Source: Anaerolineae bacterium (GTDB lineage: Bacteria; Chloroflexota; Anaerolineae; SpSt-313). Taken from it: a stretch of 64,000 bases of DNA. Of the stretch, positions 38,631 through 48,222 are shown in pieces (the stretch's first letter is position 1; each line of letters starts with the position of its first letter). Under the pieces are notes generated by a model that ran no database searches, had not been told where the DNA came from, and worked only from the letters and a program-made list of their open reading frames with translations. Where the stretch lies: NCBI GenBank assembly GCA_034428955.1, contig DAOUGZ010000244.1:1607-65606 (forward strand). Direction: 5' to 3'. Position numbers and translations under genes: made by a program.

Positions 38631-39026
38631 CTACTGCACGTAGATCATTACTCGTCGCTGCCGCGACCCATCGAACTCGGCCAGGAAGATGCCCTGCCAA
38701 GTGCCCAACACGAGCCGCCCGCCCTGCACGATGAACGAATGGCTTGTGCCGACGAGGCTGGCCTTGATGTGGGCAGCCGCGTTGCCCTCCGCATGCTGGT
38801 AGGGCCCCTCCACAGAGACCAGCCGCTCCAGCGTGCTCACGATATCGGCGGCCACAGTCGGATCGGCATTCTCGTTGACAAGGAGCCCGGCTGTAGTGTG
38901 CGGCACGTAGACGATGCAGGTGCCTGCGGAGATGCCCGACTCGCGCACGGCCTGCTGCACACGGTCGGTGATCTCGATCAGCTCGGCTCGCCTTCGGGTA
39001 CTGATCTGCAACGTCGTCAAGGGCAT
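38631..39026 (-). CDS. yjbQ: YjbQ/UPF0047 family protein
   Basis: VPHTTAG..VNENADP.V..D, Y.H.EGNA.AH.K.SL.G, LGTWQGI...EFDG.R.R. Confidence 0.92.
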   Translation of the reverse strand: MPLTTLQISTRRRAELIEITDRVQQAVRESGISAGTCIVYVPHTTAGLLVNENADPTVAADIVSTLERLVSVEGPYQHAEGNAAAHIKASLVGTSHSFIVQGGRLVLGTWQGIFLAEFDGSRQRRVMIYVQ

Positions 39027-39120
39027 GGGCTACACCTCCCTGCATGGGTCCGGCTCAGGCTTGTTATTGTAGCCGTGAAGTGAGCCCCTGGCAAGCGCAA
39101 GCGGTTGGCGGGCAGTAGCT

Positions 39121-39149
39121 TTGGCGGCGGCTGCAAGCCGTGCTAGAAT
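39121..39149 (+). promoter_or_regulatory. sigma70-type promoter for lpdA-MFS-creatininase
   Basis: TTGGCG (39121-39126), 17 nt, TG-C-TAGAAT (39144-39149). Confidence 0.6.
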
Positions 39150-39190
39150 GGGATGGGAGTGCCCCCCCAACAAGCGTATGGAGTGCAAAT

Positions 39191-40639
39191 GTGGCAGAGA
39201 ACAAGCAATACGATATCGCGGTCATTGGCGGCGGACCTGGGGGCTATGTGGCCGCCATCCGCGCGGCGCAACTGGGCGCTCAAGTCGCGCTGATCGAGAA
39301 GGAGCGCTTGGGCGGGATGTGCCTGAACTGGGGCTGCATCCCGACCAAGGCGCTGGTGCATCAGTCCGAATTGTACTCCGAAGTGTGTCGCGCCGGCGAG
39401 TTCGGAATCGACGTGAGCGGGCCGGTCCAGGTCAACTTCCCGCGGATGATGGCCCGCAAGAATGAGGTCGTCGAGACCCTGGTGAGTGGGGTGGAGACCC
39501 TCGTCAGGGCGCACAAGGTCGATGTGTATCCGGGTACTGGCACTATCCTGCAGCCCGGGCGGGTTCGGGTGAGCCCGAGTGTCTATCATCCAGACACGCG
39601 GCCGCAGGAGGTCGAGGCGCGCAGTCTGATTATCGCCACCGGCTCGCTACCCAAGCCTGTGCCCATCCCCGGGCACGACTTGCCGGGGGTTGTGGATGCG
39701 CGTGGGCTCTTGGATTGCACAGAGCAGCCCAAGACACTGGTCGTGATCGGGGCCAGTGCGTCGGGGACCGAGTTCGCCTCGATCTTTGCTGCGCTGGGCA
39801 CGCGGGTCATCCTGCTGGAGCGGGACGTCTTTCTCAGGGGTGCCGAGGAGCAATTGGCAAAGAGGTTCCGATCTTTGCTGGCTCGGCAGGGTGTCAGAAT
39901 CGAGGTTGGGCTCGAAACCAGACAGATCGTGCAGACGGGCGTGGGGAGCTTGCGTGTGGAGTACGAACGTGGCGGCCGGCCGGCGGCGGTGGAAGGGGAT
40001 CTGGTGCTGAATGCGACGGGCCATATGCCGTTCACGGGCGAGTTGGGCCTGGAGGCCATTGGGCTGGCCACGGAGCGCGGCGCGGTCACGGTTGACCAGT
40101 ACATGCAGACCCGTGTACCGGGCATCTATGCCATCGGAGACGTAACGGCCGTCTATATGCTGGCTCATGTGGCTTCGCATCAGGCCATTGTTGCCGTGCA
40201 CAATGCCCTGGGCCGGCGGGAGGCCATGGACTATCGCTCTGTGCCCAACTGTATCTACACATCGCCCGAGATCGCCGGCGTGGGGATGACCGAGCGCCAG
40301 GCCAAGGAAGAAGGGGTCGACTATGTCACAAGCCGCTTCCCATTCAACGTGAATGGCCGAGCGCTGGGCATGGGCGCTGCGGAGGGACAGGTGCGGATGA
40401 TCTGCGCGCGCGAGGCCAACGGGCGTGGTGGGCGAGTCCTCGGCGTGCATATCATGGGGCCGCGCGCGTCGGACCTGATCGCTGAGGCGGCGCTGGCCAT
40501 CCGCATGGGCGCAACGGCCGAGGATATCACCCACACCATCCATGCGCACCCGACGCTTCCGGAGGCGCTCATGGAGGCGGCCATGGACATGGGCGAGGGC
40601 GCTATCCATTACAAAAGGATCGGCGGGCGAGAGGCCTGA
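39191..40639 (+). CDS. lpdA: Dihydrolipoyl dehydrogenase
   Basis: IGGGPGGYVAAIRAAQLG, GGMCLNWGCIPTK (redox CxxxxC), IIATGS, IYAIGD, LAHVAS, HAHPTLPE. GTG start at 39191. Confidence 0.95.
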   Translation: MAENKQYDIAVIGGGPGGYVAAIRAAQLGAQVALIEKERLGGMCLNWGCIPTKALVHQSELYSEVCRAGEFGIDVSGPVQVNFPRMMARKNEVVETLVSGVETLVRAHKVDVYPGTGTILQPGRVRVSPSVYHPDTRPQEVEARSLIIATGSLPKPVPIPGHDLPGVVDARGLLDCTEQPKTLVVIGASASGTEFASIFAALGTRVILLERDVFLRGAEEQLAKRFRSLLARQGVRIEVGLETRQIVQTGVGSLRVEYERGGRPAAVEGDLVLNATGHMPFTGELGLEAIGLATERGAVTVDQYMQTRVPGIYAIGDVTAVYMLAHVASHQAIVAVHNALGRREAMDYRSVPNCIYTSPEIAGVGMTERQAKEEGVDYVTSRFPFNVNGRALGMGAAEGQVRMICAREANGRGGRVLGVHIMGPRASDLIAEAALAIRMGATAEDITHTIHAHPTLPEALMEAAMDMGEGAIHYKRIGGREA

Positions 40640-40653
40640 GCAGGGAGCCAACC

Positions 40654-42114
40654 ATGAGAAAGCTGCGCTGGTACGACCTGATCACCCACAATATCTACTG
40701 GCTGGGGCTCAGCATGGGCTCGGGGAGCCTGACCCCACTCATTCTGCCATACGTGGTGCAGCAGTTCGTGGGGCCGGATTTCAAGAACACGGCCTACGGC
40801 CTGCAGCGGGCGGCCGGGCTCATCGTGGCCATCCTCGTGCAGCCGGCCGCCGGGCTGCTCAGCGATCGCTGTACTTCGCGCTGGGGGCGCCGACGGCCCT
40901 TTATCGCCCTCGGCGCACTGCTCTCGGCGCTCTGTGTGCTGGCGGTTGGCGTGGCGCCCGGATACTGGCCGCTCCTGGCTGCCGTGCTCCTTCTCCAGTT
41001 CGGTTCAAACATTGCGCATGGGGCGCTGCAGGGCATCATCCCCGATCTGGTTGCCGAGAGCCAGCGAGGGCGTATGTCTGCGGTCAAGGCGATGATGGAA
41101 CTGGCGCCCACTGTCCTTGCAGCGTTCACCATTGCTCCGATGATTGACGCCGGGCAGGTCTGGCTGGCGCTCGGGGTCCTCGCCGCTTTCTATGTCGTCA
41201 CGATGCTGATTACCGTCTTTACCGTGCACGAGACGCCACTGCGCGAGGCGCCCGCGGGCAGCCTCCACCGGCCGCTCCTGCGCGTGCTCGGCCTCCTTCT
41301 GGGGGTTGTGCTGGGCGTTGTCGCCGGACTGCTGGTAGGGGGCGTGGGCGGCGGCCTGGCCGGCCTGGTGACCTGGGCGCTGGCCGGCGAGAGCCAAGCT
41401 TGGCTGGTAGGCGTCGGGCTGGGTGGGCTGCTGGCCATCGTAACCGCTATCGTCGCTGGAGTCTGGGTGGCGGTACATCTGGCAGCCGACGCGCGCCACT
41501 ACCCTTCGTTCACCTGGTGGGTGGTGAACCGCCTGCTCTACCTGGCAGCCATCGGCGCCGTGCAGGGCTTTGCCCTGTACTATGTTGCTGACGTGTTACA
41601 GGTGCCGAACCCGGCAGCGATCACCGGGCAGTTGATGGCCGTGGTGGGAGTGCTCTTGCTGCTGGCGGCGCTGCCCAGCGGCTTTCTGGCCGACCGCTTT
41701 GACCGCCGGCTGATTGTGGGGGTGGCCGGCCTAGTCGCCGCGACCGGAATCGTCATCTTGCTTCTCTCCGACAGCGTGGCGATGGTGATGGCTGCCGGTT
41801 GCCTGATCGGTGTGGCGACCGGCGTGTTCATGACCGTGAACTGGGCGCTGGGAACCGACCTGGTGCCGCCGGCGGAGGCCGGGCGCTTCCTGGGCATCTC
41901 GAACCTGGCCGGCGCGGGGGCGGGCATCGTGGCCTCGGGGATGGGTGGGCCTCTGGCCGACTATATCAACCGCACCAGCCCGGGTTTGGGTTATCAGGTC
42001 GTATTCGGCATATTCGGTGTGTGCTTTCTGCTATCGGCCGCTGTTCTGGCGCTTGTGCGGCGGCCTGCGCCGGCCGGCGCCGACGGCGCGGCGGGCGTTG
42101 TGGCGCCGGCGTGA
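40654..42114 (+). CDS. MFS transporter (sucrose/GPH-like) with enlarged hydrophobic central region
   Basis: GLLSDR..SRWGRRRPF, PDLV...QRG, GFLADRFDRR, WAL.TDLVP..EAGRF.G..N.A. Confidence 0.85.
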   Translation: MRKLRWYDLITHNIYWLGLSMGSGSLTPLILPYVVQQFVGPDFKNTAYGLQRAAGLIVAILVQPAAGLLSDRCTSRWGRRRPFIALGALLSALCVLAVGVAPGYWPLLAAVLLLQFGSNIAHGALQGIIPDLVAESQRGRMSAVKAMMELAPTVLAAFTIAPMIDAGQVWLALGVLAAFYVVTMLITVFTVHETPLREAPAGSLHRPLLRVLGLLLGVVLGVVAGLLVGGVGGGLAGLVTWALAGESQAWLVGVGLGGLLAIVTAIVAGVWVAVHLAADARHYPSFTWWVVNRLLYLAAIGAVQGFALYYVADVLQVPNPAAITGQLMAVVGVLLLLAALPSGFLADRFDRRLIVGVAGLVAATGIVILLLSDSVAMVMAAGCLIGVATGVFMTVNWALGTDLVPPAEAGRFLGISNLAGAGAGIVASGMGGPLADYINRTSPGLGYQVVFGIFGVCFLLSAAVLALVRRPAPAGADGAAGVVAPA

Positions 42115-42133
42115 CTCACAGGAGGGTGGAGAC

Positions 42134-42922
42134 ATGCGTTGGGAGAATCTGACGGGCGCGACGTTTGAGGGTGCGGTGGCGCAGGCACAGGGGGTGTGCA
42201 TCATTCCAGTGGGCGTTCTCGAGTACCATGGCCCGCACCTGCCGCTGGGCACGGATACGTTCCAGTGTCACGCTTTGGCCTGTGCGGCGGCGGAACGTGA
42301 GCCCGCAGTCGTGTTCCCGGCCTATCACTTTGGCGTGAATACGGAGACCAAGCACTACCCGGGCGGCATCGTGCTCAAGGACCGGCTCCTGTTCGAGGTT
42401 CTGGAGAACGTCTGCGAGGAGGTCAGCCGGAACGGCCTCAAGAAGATCCTCCTCCTGAGCGGCCATGGGGGAAACCGCTACTTCCTGCCCCTCTTTGTGC
42501 AACTGGCGCTGGACAAAGGGCGCGACTATACGCCCTACTACGTCGGCGGCTATGATGCCGATCCGGAGCTCTTCCAGCGCATCATGGAGACATCGCTGCA
42601 TGGGCACGCCTGCGAGTGCGAGACGAGCGTTGCCCTCTACTGTTTCCCAGAGCTGGTGCGTATGGACCTCTTGGGCGAGGGAAGCGCCTGGTCCTCGCAG
42701 AAGCGCTTGGCCCACCTGCCTGGGGTGTATACACCGGCCGACTGGTCGGCCCAGTTCCCTAAGCACTGTGCGGGTGACCCGCGGCCGGCGACAGCGGAGA
42801 AGGGCAAGGCCCTCTTTGAAACGCGTGTCGTTGCGCTGGCCAGGCTACTGGGGCAGATCAAGAAAGACCAGGCGGCCCCCCGTGTCTATGCCGAGTTCAA
42901 CGAGCGCATCTACCGGCGCTAG
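42134..42922 (+). CDS. Creatininase-family amidohydrolase
   Basis: P.G.LEYHGPHLPLGTD, SGHGGN, HACE.ETS, G.P..AT.EKG..L; RBS GGAG. Confidence 0.9.
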   Translation: MRWENLTGATFEGAVAQAQGVCIIPVGVLEYHGPHLPLGTDTFQCHALACAAAEREPAVVFPAYHFGVNTETKHYPGGIVLKDRLLFEVLENVCEEVSRNGLKKILLLSGHGGNRYFLPLFVQLALDKGRDYTPYYVGGYDADPELFQRIMETSLHGHACECETSVALYCFPELVRMDLLGEGSAWSSQKRLAHLPGVYTPADWSAQFPKHCAGDPRPATAEKGKALFETRVVALARLLGQIKKDQAAPRVYAEFNERIYRR

Positions 42923-42941
42923 CAAGCAGCGGTGGGCCGTA

Positions 42942-43095
42942 CAGGCACCGGTTCGCCTCATCGTGTGCAGGGCGGCAGAGCTTGCACACGGTGAGGCGAA
43001 CTGGTGCCTGCGCGCTGTTCGGAGAAGGGGAGCGGAGTCACCTCACTGGCCTTGTGGCGAACGCGGGCGCCGGCCCAAATTCGCCGCAAGGCCAG
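42942..43095 (+). repeat. Two long inverted repeats (30-bp and 16-bp stems) downstream of creatininase
   Basis: Arms 42942-42971/42981-43010 and 43046-43061/43080-43095; all four non-WC pairs are G.U when read on the + strand. Confidence 0.85.
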
Positions 43096-43364
43096 GAGTG
43101 GTGCTTCGAAGGCCATGAAAGGGCGGCTGGAAGAGGCTGAGGAAAAGGCGCGGAGCCGGCATAAGGAACGTGAAGATAGCGTAAGCTTCCCATCTCCCTG
43201 GCGAGTATACGATAAGAAGATATCGACATAATATCGGACGCGCGTGGATGAATCGAAGTGGGGCGAGTGGCTTCGGGGCGGCTTGGCCCCGTGGTTGCGG
43301 CCGACGGCGGGATTGCGACGGACGTCGTGCGGACCGAGGAACATAAAGTGGCCTGAGAAGGCGA

Positions 43365-43410
43365 GAGCCGCCGGCGCGAGGATTTCCTCGCGCCGGCGGC
43401 TCCTTTCGTT
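43365..43410 (+). terminator. Intrinsic (possibly bidirectional) terminator
   Basis: Perfect 17-bp stem GAGCCGCCGGCGCGAGG/CCTCGCGCCGGCGGCTC (43365-43381/43386-43402) followed by CTTTCGTT on +; 26 nt past the DUF362 stop on -. Confidence 0.75.
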
Positions 43411-43428
43411 CGCTGACTCTGGCGAGAC

Positions 43429-44526
<1,098 letters not shown>

Positions 44527-44617
44527 GGGCTATCTCCTGATCCGTATGCAATAGGGCTGTGCTCAGCTACACCAGGATAGTCCAAAAGCCGGACTCTGGC
44601 AAGCCTACGCAGACGCT

Positions 44618-45844
44618 CTAGCCCAGTTCCCAAGCATTGTCGCAGACCTTGCGCACGATGGCCACAATGTCATCCATGTCCTCTCGGCTGCCCAGGAACG
44701 GGCTGTGCGGCAGCCACACGGTGGACTGGCCGAGCTTCTCGGCGATTGGCAGCCGGACGGTATGCAGGTTCATGCGCTCGGCAAAGGCATGGGCGACAGG
44801 ACTGTTTTGGGGTGTGGGGCGAAAGAGCGGATAGTTGTTCATGGCCGGGTAGCCCGTACCGGCCGGCAAGCCCTCCGCCTCCAGGGCGTCACAGAAGGTC
44901 TGGTTGTCGATGCCCGAAAAGCGGTCGCGGTCGAAGGCAAAGATGTAGCAGTATCCGCTTCGACGGATCACCTGAGGCGGCACCCTCTGCACGCGAATGC
45001 CCTCGATCCGGTCGAGCTCGGCATCGAGGTAGGCCACGTTGGGGGCACGCCGGGCCATCTGTTCTTCGAAGCGATCCATCTGAGCGTTCAGCAGGGCGGC
45101 CTGCAGCTCCGTGATACGATAGTTGGCGCCCAGGTGGTAGCGCTGCCGGGCTTTATCCTTGGGGCGGCCGCAGTCGATGATCGAGTGGACTGCTTCAGCC
45201 AACCGCCCGTCGTTGGTGACCAGGATGCCGCCCTCGCCGGAGGTCAGGAGCTTGCTCGACTGCAGGCTGAAGGAGCCCAGATGGCCAATGGCACCTGCCC
45301 CCTGTTCCCCCCAGAGGGTGCCGTGAGCATGCGCACAGTCCTCGACGACTACCAGCCCGTGCTCCTGCGCCAGCGCCATCATGGCGTCCATGTTGGCCAT
45401 GCTCATGCCCACATGGACGGGCATGATGGCGCGAGTCCGGCTGGTGACGAGTTGCCTGGCGTGGTCTACGTCCAGGCAATAGGTCTCCGGATCGACATCG
45501 GAGATGATGGGTATGGCGCCCACGCTCAGCACGGCGACTGCAGTGGCCGCAAAGGTATATCCGGGCACAATGACCTCATCGCCCCACCCGATTCCGGCCG
45601 CTTGCAGCGCTACCGATAGGGTGATGGTGCCATTAGCCATCGCGATGCCGTAAGTGGCTTTCTGCATCGCAGCAAAGCGAGCGGCAAAGCGCTCAGCCTG
45701 TGGACCCGGCTCGGGGAAGCCACCCCAGCGCCCCCCACGGATGACCTCGGCCACCGCGTTGACCTCGCGCTCATCATGCTGCGGCCAGCTCACAAAGGGC
45801 CGGGTTCGCAGCGGCGTTCCGCCATTGATTGCCAGCTTGGCCAT
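44618..45844 (-). CDS. DegT/DnrJ/EryC1/StrS PLP sugar aminotransferase, RifK (AHBA synthase)-like subgroup
   Basis: LAINGG.P.R...F.SWP..DE.E, ANGT..L..AL, GDEVIVP.YTF.AT, EDCAHAHG..W, SFSLQSSKLLTSGEGG (PLP Lys), GR.....Y..G.NYR..E.QAA.L. Confidence 0.9.
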   Translation of the reverse strand: MAKLAINGGTPLRTRPFVSWPQHDEREVNAVAEVIRGGRWGGFPEPGPQAERFAARFAAMQKATYGIAMANGTITLSVALQAAGIGWGDEVIVPGYTFAATAVAVLSVGAIPIISDVDPETYCLDVDHARQLVTSRTRAIMPVHVGMSMANMDAMMALAQEHGLVVVEDCAHAHGTLWGEQGAGAIGHLGSFSLQSSKLLTSGEGGILVTNDGRLAEAVHSIIDCGRPKDKARQRYHLGANYRITELQAALLNAQMDRFEEQMARRAPNVAYLDAELDRIEGIRVQRVPPQVIRRSGYCYIFAFDRDRFSGIDNQTFCDALEAEGLPAGTGYPAMNNYPLFRPTPQNSPVAHAFAERMNLHTVRLPIAEKLGQSTVWLPHSPFLGSREDMDDIVAIVRKVCDNAWELG

Positions 45845-46866
45845 CAGTTCTCCTCCTCGTTCTCCGTAGCATCGCCGCCGAGATAGCCTCGCACCTCTTC
45901 GACCAGACGCTGCTGGACCTCGGGCGTGACGGCGATCCCGGCGGCATCCATGGCCAGCAGTGCACTGCCCGCGACAGGCGCCGTCCGCAGCCGCACCGGT
46001 ACGGCCTGGGGGGCGACGGTGCGCACTGAGGCCAGTATGGCCCCCAGCAGCAGGTCACTGCCGGAGCGGAACACGCCCCCAGCGAGGACCAGGTCGAATG
46101 CCTCCTCGTGCATACCTAAGCGGCGAGCGATGGCCGCGGCGTTTGCGCCCAGCTCGCGGCCGACGTAACGGATGATGTCCTGGGCGACCTCGTCGCCCTG
46201 CGCAGCAGCCTGGAAGACCAGCGGGGCTTGCCGAGCACGCGGCGGCTCGATCTGGTGCCGGCAGAGCCCTTCGATTAGCGCCAGAGGGCCACTGGCCTTG
46301 CAGGCATCAACGAACAGCTCGGTTAGCAGTGTGGGCTTGCCGCGCCCCGTATACGCCTGGGCTACAGCCCGCATCGCCAGCCAGACAATGTCGCCTGCGC
46401 CGCCGACGTCGCCCAGCATCTGCCCTTCGCCGAAAGTGCGAAAGCGCTCGCCACGGCGGTTGCAGCCGGCGACGGTCGTGCCGGTGCCTGCAATGACCAC
46501 GACCCCCACGCCGTCGCGGGTCCCTGCGCGCAGGGCGCCGTAGGTGTCGTTGACGAGGACTTGCGGCCCCGGCACCCCCAGCCGCCCGACGACGGGCGCC
46601 AATCGAGCCTCGTCGCTCGGAAAGTCCAGCCCGGCGAGGGCGTAGCCGCCTGCGGAGAGGTCGCCTATCGTAAGACCTGCGGTGGCCAGAGCCTGGGTTG
46701 TCGCCGCCAGGTAGGTCTCATAGGCCCCTTCCAGCCCCACGCCCTCCCAGTTACCGGGCCCAGCGACTCCTGCGCCGCGCAGTTGCCCGTCTTCGGTGGC
46801 GATCAAGGCGTGGGTTTTGGTAGCTCCTGCATCAATGCCCAGAAAGCAGCGAGCCTGCATGCGCAT
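45844..46866 (-). CDS. BadF/BadG-type (NagK-like) sugar kinase
   Basis: FLGIDAGATKT, G..GPGN....G, AG.D...D, VND...AL..G, V..AGTG, G...GD.GG, LAGGVF. Stop overlaps the aminotransferase ATG (TGATG). Confidence 0.88.
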   Translation of the reverse strand: MRMQARCFLGIDAGATKTHALIATEDGQLRGAGVAGPGNWEGVGLEGAYETYLAATTQALATAGLTIGDLSAGGYALAGLDFPSDEARLAPVVGRLGVPGPQVLVNDTYGALRAGTRDGVGVVVIAGTGTTVAGCNRRGERFRTFGEGQMLGDVGGAGDIVWLAMRAVAQAYTGRGKPTLLTELFVDACKASGPLALIEGLCRHQIEPPRARQAPLVFQAAAQGDEVAQDIIRYVGRELGANAAAIARRLGMHEEAFDLVLAGGVFRSGSDLLLGAILASVRTVAPQAVPVRLRTAPVAGSALLAMDAAGIAVTPEVQQRLVEEVRGYLGGDATENEEEN

Positions 46867-46899
46867 CCCTAGCTCCTTTCGGATCCATTGTGCCCCGGG

Positions 46900-48168
46900 T
46901 CATCGATCGAACTGGGGGAGGTGGGGCGCATTCACCAGCAGCAGATCATCCAGGAGGGCCGGCGCGCGGTCGGCGCCCGGGCCGAGCGGATGGGCGATCA
47001 ACGCCATGAGTGCTGCCCCTCGGTCTCCACTCATCGCCGCCTCGGCAGCATAGAGCTCATAGGCCTTGACTGTGCGCACGAGGCTATCCGGTAGGGCCGG
47101 GAGTTCGCGGGCGGGCAACGGATGGACGCCGGATGCGTCGACGCGGCAGGGCAACTCACAGACCCAGTCCGCGGGCCAGCCTGCTACCGCCCCGAGGTGC
47201 CTTGTGTTGATAATGTGGATGTCTCCACGGTTGCTATGGAGAGAGTTGATCAGTTGCACCGCGGCCGTGGAGTAATAGGCGCCGCCGCGCAGCATCAGTT
47301 CGTCAGGCAGCGTGGTGAGGCTAGGATTGGCGTATTGGGCCAGCGTGTCCCTCTCGATCTCCATCACTTGCTCCGCGCGCGAAGGCCCGGTCTGCTGCGC
47401 GATGACGGCTGCAGTGCGGTAGTAGTAGCGCAGGTAGTAGCTCGGTATGGCTTGCAACAGCTCAGCCAGGTAGGGCGGACATGCCGGGTCAGGCTCTTCG
47501 CTGAGGGTCCGGAGCCACTCGGCAAAGACCTGCGGCCACACATCCTCGCCCTTGACTTGCGCACCACTGAGCCAGCTCAGGTGGTTGAGGCCGAGGTAGT
47601 CCAGCTCGACGTCGCGGGGCTCGGCTCCGGTCTGGGTCGCGATGCGCATCTGGTAGCCGATCGGCGAGTTGCACAGGCCGACGGAACACGTCTCGGGCGC
47701 ATAGCGCTGTAGCGCTTCGGTGACCAGGCCGCTGGGGTTGGCAAAGTTGATCAGCCAGGCACTCGGGCAGAGGCGTTGCATATCACGGGCGATGCCGACG
47801 ATCACCGGCACGGTTCGTAGCGCCTTGGCAAAGCCGCCGACACCGGTCGTCTCCTGGCCGACCAGGCCCCAACGGCGACCCAGGTGCTCATCCTCCCGCC
47901 GGGCTGCCATCCCCCCTACCCGAATCTGGGTGACTACGAACCGCGCCCCCGCCAGAGCTTGCTCTCGCTCGGTTGTCAGGTGGACCTCGAAAGGGCTACC
48001 CGCTGCCGCTACCAAGCGTCGGGCGAACCCGCCGACAGTCTCCAGCCGGCCCGGATCGATGTCCATCAGCCAGAGCTCTTTGAGAGAGAGGTTGGCAGCG
48101 CCCTGGACGAAGCCGCTGACCAATTCGGGGCTGTAGGTGGAACCTCCGCCAATTACGGCTATCTTCAT
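46900..48168 (-). CDS. GH4 6-phospho-beta-glucosidase (ChbF/LicH-like)
   Basis: KIAVIGGGSTY.PEL, Q.RVGG..AR..DE.L, GQET.G.GG..KALRT, NFANPSG, GLCN.P, GLNHLSW, RGGAYYS. Confidence 0.92.
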   Translation of the reverse strand: MKIAVIGGGSTYSPELVSGFVQGAANLSLKELWLMDIDPGRLETVGGFARRLVAAAGSPFEVHLTTEREQALAGARFVVTQIRVGGMAARREDEHLGRRWGLVGQETTGVGGFAKALRTVPVIVGIARDMQRLCPSAWLINFANPSGLVTEALQRYAPETCSVGLCNSPIGYQMRIATQTGAEPRDVELDYLGLNHLSWLSGAQVKGEDVWPQVFAEWLRTLSEEPDPACPPYLAELLQAIPSYYLRYYYRTAAVIAQQTGPSRAEQVMEIERDTLAQYANPSLTTLPDELMLRGGAYYSTAAVQLINSLHSNRGDIHIINTRHLGAVAGWPADWVCELPCRVDASGVHPLPARELPALPDSLVRTVKAYELYAAEAAMSGDRGAALMALIAHPLGPGADRAPALLDDLLLVNAPHLPQFDR

Positions 48169-48222
48169 CGTGCAGTTCCCTTTCTGACCATAGTGGGGGT
48201 GCGGCCCCCCATCGCTGGTGGG

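Noticed and set aside
43244-43356. Small ORFs between the hairpins (e.g. MGRVASGRLGPVVAADGGIATDVVRTEEHKVA; 43244..43525+)
   Set aside because: No clear RBS; the longer one runs through the terminator into the antisense of DUF362; coding status cannot be supported.
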